This document shows positions 30,624 through 41,407 of a stretch of DNA of 60,741 nt, piece by piece (the stretch's first letter is position 1; every line of letters starts with the position of its first letter). This stretch comes from Clostridia bacterium (lineage in GTDB: Bacteria; Bacillota; Clostridia; Oscillospirales; Acutalibacteraceae), in NCBI GenBank assembly GCA_900766895.1, contig CAAFXF010000065.1:1-60741 (forward strand). Direction: 5' to 3'. The notes beneath the pieces were generated by a model. The model worked only from the letters and a program-made list of their open reading frames with translations, ran no database searches and was not told the origin of the DNA. The position numbers and the translations under genes are program-made.

Positions 30624-31319
30624 ATGAAAAACAAAATTACAAAAACCGTCATTTCATTCACCCTTGCAGTAGCAATTATGCTTGGTGTTGCAGGCGCCGG
30701 CTCAATTGTATACGACAGCTTTATTAAGGAAGAGAGCATTTATGCCCTGTCAAAATTAGGCTCAAGTGGCAGCGAGGTAAAAAAGATTCAGCAAAAGCTT
30801 CAATCGCTCGGCTATTACAACGGTGCTATCGACGGAGTTTACGGAACACAAACAAGAAAAGCGGTTACGGCATTCCAAAAAAACTGCGGAATTACAGCAG
30901 ACGGCATTTGCGGAAAAACAACTCTACTGTATCTCGGCTTGGGCGACAGCGGTAATAACGGCTATACAGACGCAGATGTTGAGCTGCTTGCAAAGGTTAT
31001 CTCGGCAGAGGCAAGAGGCGAAAGCTATGAAGGTCAGGTTGCCGTCGGTGCAGTTATTCTAAACAGAGTGGCTCACCCGTCATTTCCCGATTCGCTGTCC
31101 GGAGTGGTTTATCAAAAGGGTGCATTTTCCTGCGTAAACGACAGCAACTGGTATCAGCCCGTTGCACAGTCAAGCAAGCGCGCGGCACAGGACGCCCTTA
31201 ACGGATGGGACCCGACAGGAGGGGCAATTTATTACTTTAATCCTGCAAAAACAAGTGACTCGTTTATGCACTCGCGCCCGGTAATCAAAACCATAGGCAA
31301 CCACAGATTTTGCATTTGA
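30624..31319 (+). CDS. sleB: spore cortex-lytic enzyme
   Basis: Signal peptide, PG-binding domain (GSSGSEVKKIQQKL), Hydrolase_2 (AEARGESYEGQVAVGAVILNRV, GWDPTGGAIYYFNP, IGNHRF). Confidence 0.9.
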   Translation: MKNKITKTVISFTLAVAIMLGVAGAGSIVYDSFIKEESIYALSKLGSSGSEVKKIQQKLQSLGYYNGAIDGVYGTQTRKAVTAFQKNCGITADGICGKTTLLYLGLGDSGNNGYTDADVELLAKVISAEARGESYEGQVAVGAVILNRVAHPSFPDSLSGVVYQKGAFSCVNDSNWYQPVAQSSKRAAQDALNGWDPTGGAIYYFNPAKTSDSFMHSRPVIKTIGNHRFCI

Positions 31320-31333
31320 GGTGACAGCGCAAT

Positions 31334-32287
31334 ATGATAAACAGTAATATACGCAAGGCGGTAATTATCGGCTGTGGATTTGTCGGCTCGGCGTGTGCCT
31401 TTGCACTTATGCAAAGCGGTCTGTTCAACGAGCTTGTGCTGATTGACGCAAATCACGACAGGGCAGAGGGTGAGGCGCTCGACATCAGCCACGGCCTGCC
31501 GTTTTCAAAGCCTATGCAAATCTATGCAGGCACATATGACGACATTTCCGATGCCTCGATAGTAATAATCACCGCAGGCACAGGACAAAAGGAGGGCGAA
31601 ACCCGACTTGACCTTGTGCATAAAAATGTGGAGATATTCAAATCTATCATCGGGCAAATATCGGCTAGAAGCTTCAACGGTATACTGTTGATAGTCTCAA
31701 ACCCTGTTGACATACTGACATACACTGCACTGAAGCTTTCCGGTCTGCCGTCAAACAGGGTGTTCGGCTCGGGCACCGTGCTTGACACGGCAAGGCTCAA
31801 GCATCTTCTCGGTGAGCACCTCGGCGTTGACGCAAGGAGCGTGCACGCGTTTATTCTCGGCGAGCACGGCGACAGCGAAATTGCCGCGTTCAGCAGCGCA
31901 AATGTTTCGGGTATTCCGCTTCGTGATTTTTGCTCAAAAAACTGCGGTGACATCTGTCAGCCTGAAAAAATGGACGAAATTGCAGACGATGTAAAAAACA
32001 TTGCCTACGAAATTATCAAAAAGAAAAATGCCACCTACTATGGCATTGCAATGAGTGTCAAGCGAATTTGCGAGGCCGTTGTGCTTGACCAAAAATCAAT
32101 CCTCCCCGTTTCGTGCATACAAAACGGACTGTACGGGATAAGTGATGTTGCGCTGAGTATGCCTGCGATTGTGGGTGAAAACGGAGTTGAAAGGAACATT
32201 AACATTCCGTTAAACGACGAGGAGCAAGAGGCAATTAAGCATTCGGCTGACACCCTACGCTCAATAATAAAGGACATCAATTTTTGA
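31334..32287 (+). CDS. ldh: L-lactate dehydrogenase
   Basis: IGCGFVG, GETRLDL, SNPVDILT, GTVLDTAR, GEHGDS, TYYGIA. Confidence 0.92.
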   Translation: MINSNIRKAVIIGCGFVGSACAFALMQSGLFNELVLIDANHDRAEGEALDISHGLPFSKPMQIYAGTYDDISDASIVIITAGTGQKEGETRLDLVHKNVEIFKSIIGQISARSFNGILLIVSNPVDILTYTALKLSGLPSNRVFGSGTVLDTARLKHLLGEHLGVDARSVHAFILGEHGDSEIAAFSSANVSGIPLRDFCSKNCGDICQPEKMDEIADDVKNIAYEIIKKKNATYYGIAMSVKRICEAVVLDQKSILPVSCIQNGLYGISDVALSMPAIVGENGVERNINIPLNDEEQEAIKHSADTLRSIIKDINF

Positions 32288-32365
32288 TTTAACAGGCTAA
32301 TTTTTCTGTCTATATTGACATAATTCGACTTTTGCATTACAGTATATGTAACAGGAGATGAGATT

Positions 32366-32605
32366 ATGGCATTTAACCCAATGGCACTTTTACAGATTAA
32401 ACAAGCAGTAGAGGGCTTCAATTCAAGGCATCCCAAGCTTGCTATGTTCTTTAACGACGCAGGTGCAAGAATAGACACCGGTGCCGTGCTTGAAATATCG
32501 GTAACAACCGTAAGCGGAGAAAAAATCCGCACAAATTTTAGGGTTACAGATGAGGACAGGGAGCTTTTTTCCACCCTGTCATCGCTAATAAACAATAATA
32601 GATAG
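32366..32605 (+). CDS. small conserved hypothetical protein
   Basis: AGGAG RBS; TTGACA-N17-TACAGT promoter at 32315-32343; NPMALLQ...F.SRHPK...FF. Confidence 0.7.
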   Translation: MAFNPMALLQIKQAVEGFNSRHPKLAMFFNDAGARIDTGAVLEISVTTVSGEKIRTNFRVTDEDRELFSTLSSLINNNR

Positions 32606-32615
32606 GAGAATAATT

Positions 32616-32921
32616 ATGGTTTTTAATGTTACAACAGAGGACTTTGACAAAGAGGTGCTCGGCTTTGACGGAAAGGTTTTGGTTGACTTTTGGGCAGAGT
32701 GGTGCGGACCTTGTATGATGCTCGGACCGGTAATCGAAGAGGTATCGGAGGAGATAGATGACGTAAAGTTCTGCAAGGTCAACTGTGACGAGGCAAGGGA
32801 GCTTGCGCTTCAGTACGGCATTATGTCCATCCCGTGCCTGCTTGTTTTTGAAAACGGCGAGCTTGTTAACCAATCCATCGGCTACATTGACAAGGGCTCT
32901 GTAATTAAGCTTGTAAAATAA
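32616..32921 (+). CDS. trxA: thioredoxin
   Basis: VLVDFWAEWCGPC, YGIMSIP. Confidence 0.95.
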   Translation: MVFNVTTEDFDKEVLGFDGKVLVDFWAEWCGPCMMLGPVIEEVSEEIDDVKFCKVNCDEARELALQYGIMSIPCLLVFENGELVNQSIGYIDKGSVIKLVK

Positions 32922-32929
32922 GTAAAAAT

Positions 32930-32969
32930 AAAATTCGCTGTCGCACACAAAGGCAACAGCGAATTTTTT
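32930..32969. terminator. bidirectional terminator
   Basis: AAAATTCGCTG...CAGCGAATTTT between convergent genes. Confidence 0.75.
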
Positions 32970-32980
32970 ATACTGTTTAG

Positions 32981-33898
32981 TTATTTTATTTTAACGTATT
33001 TAGCCTTTGACCACTTGGAGTATTTTCCGGTGGCCTTATTTTTTGCCCTAACGCGAACATAAACCTTTTTCTTCGACTTTAGCTTGCTGATGGTGAGCGC
33101 ACCTGTTTTGTACGAAAGATTTTTGGTTTTTGCATTTTTGAAGCTCTTACTGTAGCTGTACTGAATTTGATATTTGCTGACATTAGCCTGTGAGTTCCAC
33201 TTAAACTTCAGCTTTCCCTTTGCAATGGATTTGATGTAGGTAATTTTCGGAGCATTAACAGTAGGAGCCTTGACATTGCTTGTGTCAATTTTGCCCGTGC
33301 CGTCGGCAACAACATTTACCACGCCGTTAACCGCAGGGGTTTGAGCTGCGTCAACTACCACATCTCTGAATTCCTGCACCCAATAGTACCTGCCGTTAAT
33401 GTACGCACAGGCGATACCTACGGCACCGAATTCCTTGCCAAGCATATTTCTTCTGTGGCCCTGACCCTCGTACATTTCGTTATCCTCGCGCCAAAGCTCA
33501 AATACGGTTTGAGGATCATCTCCCATGCCCTCTGTCCACGCAATGTTTTCACCGGCGGTACCGTAATAGGAAAATGCGGTAAACGGTGACGTGCCGTTTG
33601 GACGGATATGGTCGTATTGAACAGAAATCTCTGCCGCACGAAGCATAGCGGTTTTTTCAAGGTCGTAATCATATACAAGCTTTTTAACAGCAGGATAAGC
33701 TACCTTCTTTGAATTGCTTTTGTCCCAGCACCAAGTACCGCCTGTTCTGAAATCGTTAATCATAGTTAGCATCTCACGCGCCTTAGATTGACAATACTGC
33801 GCGGAAACAGTATCACTTGCGCTTGCAGACATTCCTGCAACGCTCAAAACACCTGTCAGCATTACAATCGACAATAACATTGAAATTAATCTTTTCAT
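32981..33898 (-). CDS. secreted CAP/SCP-domain protein with C-terminal FN3-like domain
   Basis: Signal peptide; INDFR, AMLRAAE, HIRPNG, GENIA, GHRRNML, YWVQEF; C-terminal YQIQYS...YVRVRA...YSKWS. Confidence 0.85.
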   Translation of the reverse strand: MKRLISMLLSIVMLTGVLSVAGMSASASDTVSAQYCQSKAREMLTMINDFRTGGTWCWDKSNSKKVAYPAVKKLVYDYDLEKTAMLRAAEISVQYDHIRPNGTSPFTAFSYYGTAGENIAWTEGMGDDPQTVFELWREDNEMYEGQGHRRNMLGKEFGAVGIACAYINGRYYWVQEFRDVVVDAAQTPAVNGVVNVVADGTGKIDTSNVKAPTVNAPKITYIKSIAKGKLKFKWNSQANVSKYQIQYSYSKSFKNAKTKNLSYKTGALTISKLKSKKKVYVRVRAKNKATGKYSKWSKAKYVKIK

Positions 33899-34020
33899 AG
33901 TAGCACCTCATTTCTTAATATTATACTATCATACAAAATGATTAATGTCTATAATCAAAGGCACAAATCTGCACAATGCACAAAAACAGCTTGTCTGTTT
34001 TAGACAAATAACGAAATGGG

Positions 34021-34130
34021 TTTATCCCCTCCGAGTGCTTCGCACCCACCTCCCCTTGCAACAAGGGGAGGCAAATTGGCTCCCCTTATGGTAAGGGGAG
34101 CTGTCGCATTTATGCGACTGAGGGGATAAA
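34021..34130. repeat. bipartite REPIN/MITE-like element, full copy (B-A)
   Basis: Near-identical to 25531-25644. Confidence 0.9.
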
Positions 34131-34141
34131 AATAAAAAGCA

Positions 34142-34167
34142 ACGGCTCCCCGTAAAAGAGGAGCCGT
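34142..34167 (-). terminator. terminator after hpt
   Basis: ACGGCTCC...GGAGCCGT stem followed by a T-rich tail on the minus strand. Confidence 0.65.
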
Positions 34168-34172
34168 AAATT

Positions 34173-34718
34173 TTATTCATATATATTTCGTTTAAGCGAG
34201 CCTATGTACGGTATATTTCTGTAATCCTGGTCGTAGTCGAGGCCGTAGCCGACAACAAATTCGTCGGGCACATCACAGCCAACATAATCGGGATGAATAT
34301 CCACAACTCTGCGCTCGGGCTTATCAAGAAGGGTAACTATTGATATACTGTTTGCACCCCTTGCGCTGAGCATATTTTTAACATACTCGAGAGTTCTGCC
34401 GGAGTCAAGAATATCCTCAACAAGCAAAACATCATAGCCCTGAAGGTCAATATCAATATCCTTGATAATCTTTACTGCGCCCGATGAGCGAGTGCCTCCG
34501 CCGTAGCTTGATACTGCAAGAAAATCTACCTTTAACGGCAAATCAATATATCTTGTAAGGTCTGCCATAAAATACAGCGAGCCCTTAAGAATACCTACAA
34601 CAAGCAGATTTTTACCTTCAAAATCCTTGGTAATCTGCTCGCCGAGGCGACGGTTGATAGCATCAAGCTCCTCCTGTGTAACAAGCACCTTTTCTATGTT
34701 ATTGTCTAAATTTGCCAT
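34173..34718 (-). CDS. hpt: hypoxanthine phosphoribosyltransferase
   Basis: [29 protein letters not shown]. Confidence 0.95.
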   Translation of the reverse strand: MANLDNNIEKVLVTQEELDAINRRLGEQITKDFEGKNLLVVGILKGSLYFMADLTRYIDLPLKVDFLAVSSYGGGTRSSGAVKIIKDIDIDLQGYDVLLVEDILDSGRTLEYVKNMLSARGANSISIVTLLDKPERRVVDIHPDYVGCDVPDEFVVGYGLDYDQDYRNIPYIGSLKRNIYE

Positions 34719-34722
34719 ACTG

Positions 34723-35715
34723 TTACCGTTCCTCTCTAAAGTAGGACAGACCCAAAGCGGCAGGACCCTGGTCCTCCTTTTTCTTTCTTACACTTACTGC
34801 GATAAGCACAATAATTGTAACAACATAAGGAATCATCTTGAACAGCTCCTGTGTGCGCAATGCACTCGGAACATACAGATAAACAATGTAAAGCCCACCG
34901 AATACGATAGAGCCGAAAATGCTGAGGTTCGGCTTCCAAATTGCAAAGATAACAAGTGCGATTGCAAGCCAGCCTCTGTCACCGAAGCCGTCGTTTGACC
35001 ATACGCCGTTTGCGTAGTCCATAACGTAATACAATCCGCCCAAGCCTGCAATAATTGAGCCTATGCCCGTTGCAATGTACTTTGTTTTTTCTACATTAAT
35101 GCCTGCGGCGTCTGCTGTGGCAGGGTTTTCGCCTACTGCACGCAAATGCAGACCTGCTCTTGTTTTGTTGAGCACAAAGGCACATACAAGTGCAATGATG
35201 ATTGACAGATAAGCCAAGAAGCCGTAGCTCAAAAACAGCTTGCCGAACCAGCCTGTTGTTTCTGCCCAAGGCATTGTTTTGCTGAAATATGCTGATGTTG
35301 TAGACAATGCAACCGACGGAACGTCTGCACCTGTAAGCTTGATAAGTGAGCCGCCGAAGAAATTGCCGAAGCCTGTACCGAAGGTTGTAAGCGCAAGGCC
35401 TGTAACATTTTGGTTTGCCTTAAGTGTAACCGTCAGGAACGAATAAATCATACCTGCAAGAAGCGAGCCGAGCACGCAGGAAATAAGCGGAATAAAAATC
35501 GCAAGAAAAGCATTTGCGTCGCCTTTATCGGTAAGGCTGTTTTCATAAAAGAATGCGCCGATAACTCCACTCATACCGCCGATATACATAATACCCGGAA
35601 TACCAAGATTCAGGTTGCCTGATTTTTCTGTAATAATTTCACCGGTTGAGCCAAACAAAAGCGGAATGCCCTGCATTATGGCTCTGTGAAGAAAAGTAAT
35701 TAAGGTTGAAAACAT
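34723..35715 (-). CDS. nucleoside ABC transporter permease
   Basis: [43 protein letters not shown]. Confidence 0.88.
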   Translation of the reverse strand: MFSTLITFLHRAIMQGIPLLFGSTGEIITEKSGNLNLGIPGIMYIGGMSGVIGAFFYENSLTDKGDANAFLAIFIPLISCVLGSLLAGMIYSFLTVTLKANQNVTGLALTTFGTGFGNFFGGSLIKLTGADVPSVALSTTSAYFSKTMPWAETTGWFGKLFLSYGFLAYLSIIIALVCAFVLNKTRAGLHLRAVGENPATADAAGINVEKTKYIATGIGSIIAGLGGLYYVMDYANGVWSNDGFGDRGWLAIALVIFAIWKPNLSIFGSIVFGGLYIVYLYVPSALRTQELFKMIPYVVTIIVLIAVSVRKKKEDQGPAALGLSYFREER

Positions 35716-35716
35716 A

Positions 35717-36826
35717 TTACTTTACCTCCTTTTTTGATGAATTACGGAACTGAAGCTTGTAATTAATGAAGAACTCACTGCCGATAATGAAGAACAAAAT
35801 TATACCCGTAATGATTTCCGAAAAGCTTTGGTTGAGGCCGAAAATCATAGAGATTTGGTCTGCGCCTGCTTCAAGGAAAACCAAAAGGAATGACGTGAGT
35901 ATCATATATATAGGATTAAACTTGGCAAGCCACGATACCATAATGGCGGTAAAGCCTCTGCCGTCCGCGGTGGTAGTGGAAATTGTGTGGTCTGTGCCTC
36001 CTACAAGGAGCAGGCCTGCGATACCGCAGATTGCACCGGACACAAACATTGTTCTTAAAATAACCTTTTTTACGTTAATGCCGATGTATCTTGCCGTGTT
36101 TTCGGACTCACCTACTACGGAGATTTCGTATCCGTGCTTTGAATACTTAAGGTAAATGTACATTCCTATTGTGATTGCAAGCACAACGAGGATGTTAAGC
36201 AGATAGCTCTTGTCTGCAATAACAGGGAGCCAGCCTGCCTCGGTGTCACGGTTAATGATACCGATTTTGCCTGCGCCCTTTGGATTTTCCCAAAGCATAC
36301 AAAAATACGATACAAGCTGAATTGCAACATAGTTCATCATAAGTGTAAACAGGGTTTCGTTTGTGTTAAACCTTGCCTTAAACACTGCCGGAATCAATGC
36401 CCACAGCGCACCTGCAAGCACAGAAGCAATTATCATTACCAAAATGAGCAACGCATTTGGAATTTTTCCGCCGAGCAACACCATACAGGCGGTTGTTGCA
36501 AGTCCGCCGATAAGCACCTGACCTTCGCCGCCGATGTTCCAAAATCGCATCTTAAACGCAGGTGTTATTGCAAGCGACACACAAAGCAGCATTGCAAGGT
36601 TTTGAAAAAGCTTCCACACCTTTCGGCTGCTGCCAAACGCACCCTCAAACATTGTGATGTATACACTGATTGGGTTTTCGCCCGTAAGAAGCATTGTGAG
36701 TATGCCCGAAAAAACAAGGGCAAGCACAATGGCAATGATACGGATTGCCCACGACTTTGTTTTTGAAACAGAATCTCTTTTTACAACGTGAAACAGAGGT
36801 TCTTTAACGGAATTTTTCTTTGCCAT
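35717..36826 (-). CDS. nucleoside ABC transporter permease
   Basis: WNIGGEGQ, NETLFTLMMNY, GYEISVVGES..TARYIGI. Confidence 0.88.
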   Translation of the reverse strand: MAKKNSVKEPLFHVVKRDSVSKTKSWAIRIIAIVLALVFSGILTMLLTGENPISVYITMFEGAFGSSRKVWKLFQNLAMLLCVSLAITPAFKMRFWNIGGEGQVLIGGLATTACMVLLGGKIPNALLILVMIIASVLAGALWALIPAVFKARFNTNETLFTLMMNYVAIQLVSYFCMLWENPKGAGKIGIINRDTEAGWLPVIADKSYLLNILVVLAITIGMYIYLKYSKHGYEISVVGESENTARYIGINVKKVILRTMFVSGAICGIAGLLLVGGTDHTISTTTADGRGFTAIMVSWLAKFNPIYMILTSFLLVFLEAGADQISMIFGLNQSFSEIITGIILFFIIGSEFFINYKLQFRNSSKKEVK

Positions 36827-38361
36827 TATTCTTCCTCCCTTTCAACACTCTTTGTCATAAGCAGGCCGATTTCTTCCTTTGTGGCGGTCTTGCCGTCCAC
36901 AATACCTGTAATACAGCCTGAATTGATAACCATAATTCTGTCGCACAGCTCGATGAGAACATCCAAATCCTCACCAACAAAAATAACTGCCGTGCCCTTT
37001 TCCTTTTGCTCCGAAAGCAAGCCGTAAATGGTGTATGATGAATTGATGTCAAGTCCTCTTACGGGATATGCCACCATAAGCACCTTTGGACCCAAGGCAA
37101 TCTCTCTGCCGACAAGCACCTTTTGAACGTTACCGCCTGATAAACGTCTTACCGGGGTTGAGGCACTCGGGGTAGATACCTCAAGCTTTTCAATAATATC
37201 GTCTGCCAGCATCTTTGGCTCTTTTCTGCTGAGGAATGCGGTTTTGCCTCCCTTATAGGAACGAAGCATCATATTGTCTACAATATCCATATTGCCGACA
37301 AGTCCCATACCGAGTCTGTCCTCCGGTACAAACGAAAGGGCAATGCCGAGCTTGCGGATTTCTCTTGGTGACTTGCCTACGAGCTGTTGCGGTCCAAGGT
37401 CGTCCGGCTTATAAAGAATACTTGATTTTTTGGTGGTCTGCTGAAGTCCTGCAATGGATTCAAGCAATTCCTTTTGACCGCAGCCGCTGATACCGGCAAT
37501 ACCAAGGATTTCTCCTCCGTACGCCTTAAAGCAAACATTGTCAAGTGCCTTTGTGCCGTCTCTTTTGATAACGGTCAGGTTTTCTACATCAAGTCTTTCC
37601 TTAACGTTTTTAGGTTCTTCTCTTATGATATTTAAGTCTACCTTTTCACCCATCATTGCCTCGGTGAGTGATTGCTCGGTTGCATCCTTTGTTTCAACCG
37701 TTTTTATATGCTCTCCCTTACGAAGAATTGCAACCCTGTCGGATATTTCCAAAACCTCGTGAAGCTTGTGGGTTATTATGATAATTGATTTACCGTCCTT
37801 GCGCATATTGCGAAGAACATCAAATAATTTTTCCGTTTCCTGTGGGGTAAGCACAGCGGTCGGCTCGTCAAGAATAAGAATATCCGCACCTCTGTACAAT
37901 ACCTTAATAATTTCTACCGTCTGCTTTTCGGACACAGACATATTGTAAATTTTCTTGTCTAAATCAATGCTAAAGCCGTATCTGTCCGTAATAGCCTTAA
38001 CACGCTTTTTCGCCTCTTTAATGTTGTATCTTTTTTCATCCTCTACACCGAGAATTATGTTTTCGGTAGCAGTAAAAACATCAACAAGCTTAAAGTGCTG
38101 ATGTATCATACCTATCTTATACTTAAAAGCATCCTTTGGAGATTTGATAACAACCTCTTCTCCCTCAACAAAGATTTGTCCCTCGTCAGGGAAATAGATA
38201 CCGGACACCATATTCATAAGTGTGGTTTTGCCGGAACCGTTTTCACCCAGGATAGCCAAAATTTCTCCGTGGCGAACATCAAGAGAAACATTATTGTTGG
38301 CAACAACCTTGCCAAAGCTCTTGGTAACGCCCTTTAATTCTAAAGCTAATTTGTTTTCCAT
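36826..38361 (-). CDS. nucleoside ABC transporter ATP-binding protein (tandem ABC domains)
   Basis: GENGSGKTT, LILDEPTAVLTPQE, VPEDR, LSGGNVQK. Confidence 0.9.
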   Translation of the reverse strand: MENKLALELKGVTKSFGKVVANNNVSLDVRHGEILAILGENGSGKTTLMNMVSGIYFPDEGQIFVEGEEVVIKSPKDAFKYKIGMIHQHFKLVDVFTATENIILGVEDEKRYNIKEAKKRVKAITDRYGFSIDLDKKIYNMSVSEKQTVEIIKVLYRGADILILDEPTAVLTPQETEKLFDVLRNMRKDGKSIIIITHKLHEVLEISDRVAILRKGEHIKTVETKDATEQSLTEAMMGEKVDLNIIREEPKNVKERLDVENLTVIKRDGTKALDNVCFKAYGGEILGIAGISGCGQKELLESIAGLQQTTKKSSILYKPDDLGPQQLVGKSPREIRKLGIALSFVPEDRLGMGLVGNMDIVDNMMLRSYKGGKTAFLSRKEPKMLADDIIEKLEVSTPSASTPVRRLSGGNVQKVLVGREIALGPKVLMVAYPVRGLDINSSYTIYGLLSEQKEKGTAVIFVGEDLDVLIELCDRIMVINSGCITGIVDGKTATKEEIGLLMTKSVEREEE

Positions 38362-38466
38362 GGCGACCTCATTTATCATAAAAGAATTAAAAATATGCTC
38401 ATCATAAAATAACTATACCGTGACGGAGTTACCTCCGCCACGGGTAGTGTTATAAATTAAGAATTA

Positions 38467-39726
38467 TTAGAATGCAACGTCAAGCAATTCGATACCGTCG
38501 ATCTGAAGATCGAAGTATGGAGCCGAACGGTACTCTGACTCGTGGAAGTAGCCGTCTGCTACAACCTCTGTATCACCCTGATATGCAGCGTCTGAATCAA
38601 CGTCTGCCATATAGCTTGTGAGGTGACCGTCAGCGTCAACCTTTGCATTTGCGTTCTTGTCAGCAGTTACTGTAACAGTAAATGTTGATGTGTCGAATAC
38701 GTGGATTGAACCGTCAGCCAAGCCCTTCTTTGCAGCCTCAACTGATTCTACTGTCTTTGCAGCAGGAGCCTTTGCGCCAAAGTCTGTAAGGCAAACTGAA
38801 TTGTCAGCTACTGTACCAACGAAATCAGTTTCGATTTCCTTGCCCTCTTGAACAGCCTTGATGCAGTGCTCATAGTAAGGAGCCCAGTTGATTCTTGATG
38901 AAACGATGAATGTGTTTGGACAAGCAGATTCTGTTGAACCGTTGTATGAAACGTTAGGTACGCCTGCCTTTTCGCATGCAGTAGGAGCACCCATTGAGTC
39001 AGCGTGCTGTGAAATAAGTACACAACCGTTGTTGATAAGCTTTTGAGCAGCTTCCTTTTCTGCAGTTTCATCATACCAAGAGCCTGTGAATGAAACCTCC
39101 ATTGTTACTGTTGGGCAAACGCTCTTTGCACCAAGGTAGAATGATGTGTAGCCTGAGATAACCTCTGCGTAAGTGTAAGCGCCTACATAGCCCATCTTTG
39201 CCTTGTCAGCAGTAATCTTGTTTGCTTCAATCATTTCGTTGAGCTTTTCACCTGCAGCAACACCTGCAAGGAATCTGCCCTCGTAAATTGCAGCAAATGC
39301 ATTGTGGAAGTTTGAAAGACCTTCTGTGTGAGCCTTTGTACCTGTTGCGTGAAGGAACTGTACCTCAGGGAAGTCCTTTGCAGCCTGGATGAGATAATCC
39401 TCGTGACCGAAGCTGTCAGCAAGAATAAGATTGCATCCCTCGTCAACAAGCTCTGCAGCAGCCTCATAAGCAGCCTGACCTTCTTCGATGTTGTTCTTCT
39501 GAACAAGCTCAACACCGCAAGCCTCTGCAGCCTCAACAGCAGCAGAAATAAAGTTCTTGTCATAGGTTGAGTTTTCATCGTGAAGAGTAATCAAGCCAAA
39601 CTTAACAGTCTTTGCATCTGTGTTGCCTTCACCCTCGTCGTTAGTTGCTGCAGAACAGCCTGCAAATGCAGCTACTGCAAACAAAGCGGCAAGGATAACA
39701 GCCAAAACTCTTTTTGTGATTTTCAT
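38467..39726 (-). CDS. BMP family nucleoside-binding lipoprotein
   Basis: Lipobox FAGC, DSFGH, YEGRFLAG, TGSWYD, ISQHADS. Confidence 0.88.
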   Translation of the reverse strand: MKITKRVLAVILAALFAVAAFAGCSAATNDEGEGNTDAKTVKFGLITLHDENSTYDKNFISAAVEAAEACGVELVQKNNIEEGQAAYEAAAELVDEGCNLILADSFGHEDYLIQAAKDFPEVQFLHATGTKAHTEGLSNFHNAFAAIYEGRFLAGVAAGEKLNEMIEANKITADKAKMGYVGAYTYAEVISGYTSFYLGAKSVCPTVTMEVSFTGSWYDETAEKEAAQKLINNGCVLISQHADSMGAPTACEKAGVPNVSYNGSTESACPNTFIVSSRINWAPYYEHCIKAVQEGKEIETDFVGTVADNSVCLTDFGAKAPAAKTVESVEAAKKGLADGSIHVFDTSTFTVTVTADKNANAKVDADGHLTSYMADVDSDAAYQGDTEVVADGYFHESEYRSAPYFDLQIDGIELLDVAF

Positions 39727-39799
39727 TTGTGTTTCCTCCGTTTTATAAAATGATTTATATTACAGACGTTTCCGTCTAATAACCTAATCTCCTGACAAA

Positions 39800-40378
39800 T
39801 TAATCTCTGAAAACTACCTCGCCTCTGTCGGCGTCCATAGATTCAATAATTGCAAGGCTTTCTACTCTAATGCCCTTGGCACGAAGCTCGTCGCCGCCGT
39901 GCTGATAGCCCTTTTCGATAACCGTGCCGCAGCCCACAAGCTCTGCACCGCTTTCCTCAACAAGACTGATTAGCCCCTTAAGTGCGTTGCCTATGGCAAG
40001 AAAGTCGTCAACGATAAGTACCTTGTCACCGGGGCTAAGGAATTTTTTGCTGACCATAATGTTGTATGTAGTGCCGTGGGTAAAGGATTCAACAGGTGCG
40101 GTGTAAACATCACCTGCAATGTTTTTTGTTTTGTTTTTCTTTGCAAAAACTAAAGGACACCCAAATTCCTGCGCAACCATAGCACCGATAGCAATACCGG
40201 ATGCCTCGATTGTCAGAACCTTATTGATGCCCTCATCTTTATACAGTCTATGAAATTCCTTACCTACCTCAGCCAAAAAGCCGCAGTCGATTTGGTGGTT
40301 AAGAAAGCAGTCTACCTTAAGGATATTTCCGGCATAAACCTGTCCTTCTTCAAGAATTTTCTTCTTTAGCAAATCCAT
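39800..40378 (-). CDS. xpt: xanthine phosphoribosyltransferase
   Basis: ILKVDCFLNHQID, TIEASGIA, VLIVDDFLA.G. Confidence 0.93.
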   Translation of the reverse strand: MDLLKKKILEEGQVYAGNILKVDCFLNHQIDCGFLAEVGKEFHRLYKDEGINKVLTIEASGIAIGAMVAQEFGCPLVFAKKNKTKNIAGDVYTAPVESFTHGTTYNIMVSKKFLSPGDKVLIVDDFLAIGNALKGLISLVEESGAELVGCGTVIEKGYQHGGDELRAKGIRVESLAIIESMDADRGEVVFRD

Positions 40379-40571
40379 AGCTGTACCACCTAACAAAATT
40401 TGTCACGCTTATATAATATATTATATCGGTGCAAAATTCAACATTTTTTTATGTTTGATACACTTTTTTAACTTTTTTAACTTTTTTGCAAATACGGCAT
40501 TGGCAATGGTTGATAATCTGCAATATTTGGTGTATGATATAATGAATTGTACAAAGGAGATTTAACAGAAA

Positions 40572-41387
40572 ATGGTGAAGCTTATTGCTCTTGATTTGGA
40601 CGGAACTCTTATGTCGGCCGACCATATGACCGTTACACAAAAAACAAAGGAAGCATTGAGGCTCGCTCACGACCGAGGTGCCAAAATCAGCATAGCAACC
40701 GGCAGAACCCTGGCAATTATCGGCGATGTGTGCGAGCAGGTGCCCGAGATAGATTACATAATTTATTCAAACGGTGCAGGCGTTTATGACAGACGAAACA
40801 AAAAAACAATATACAAATCCTTTATGCCTTGGAGCTTTTGCAGGGAGGTGCTCTATACCCTTGACAAAATGCCCGCATTTCTTGAGGTTTATGTTGACGG
40901 AGTCAGCTACTACCAAACCGACAAGGGTGATTTTTTTCCAAAGGACGCCCTGCCTCAAAAATTTGTTGACACTCTTATGGGGCAGATGACAGAGGTTGAA
41001 AGCCTAAAGCAATCCCTTGAAAAAAAGGATATTGAAAAGCTCACCGTTTATTTTGATGACAGACAGGATTACGAAAACTGTTGGAATTATCTGTCGGGCT
41101 TTGACGAAATATATCTTGCGTCATCTCTGCCGACAAGCATGGAGTTTACACGAAAAAATGTAAACAAAGGTACCGCGCTTGAGGGAATGTGCAGGGTGCT
41201 TGGAATTACCGCGGATGAATGTATGGCATTCGGCGACGCAGGTAATGATTGCGAAATGCTTGATTTTTGCAAATACGGCTTTGCAATGGGCAACGCAACA
41301 CAGGAGTGCAAGGCTCACGCAAAGTATATTACAAAATCAAATGCCGAGGACGGAATCGCCCACGGCATAGAAATGATAATAAAATAG
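40572..41387 (+). CDS. Cof-type HAD-IIB hydrolase
   Basis: DLDGTL, ATGR, NKGTAL, FGDAGND, AMGNA. Confidence 0.92.
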   Translation: MVKLIALDLDGTLMSADHMTVTQKTKEALRLAHDRGAKISIATGRTLAIIGDVCEQVPEIDYIIYSNGAGVYDRRNKKTIYKSFMPWSFCREVLYTLDKMPAFLEVYVDGVSYYQTDKGDFFPKDALPQKFVDTLMGQMTEVESLKQSLEKKDIEKLTVYFDDRQDYENCWNYLSGFDEIYLASSLPTSMEFTRKNVNKGTALEGMCRVLGITADECMAFGDAGNDCEMLDFCKYGFAMGNATQECKAHAKYITKSNAEDGIAHGIEMIIK

Positions 41388-41407
41388 CTGTTATGAAATT
41401 TTTGAGG

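Noticed and set aside
34173..40378. xpt-bmp-ABC-hpt cluster as a novel system
   Set aside because: Ordinary purine salvage plus a BMP-type nucleoside ABC transporter
40379..40571. Purine riboswitch or PurR box upstream of xpt; AACTTTTTT tandem repeats at about 40461-40488
   Set aside because: No purine aptamer core found; only weak operator-like similarity; the T-tracts fit ordinary UP elements of divergent promoters
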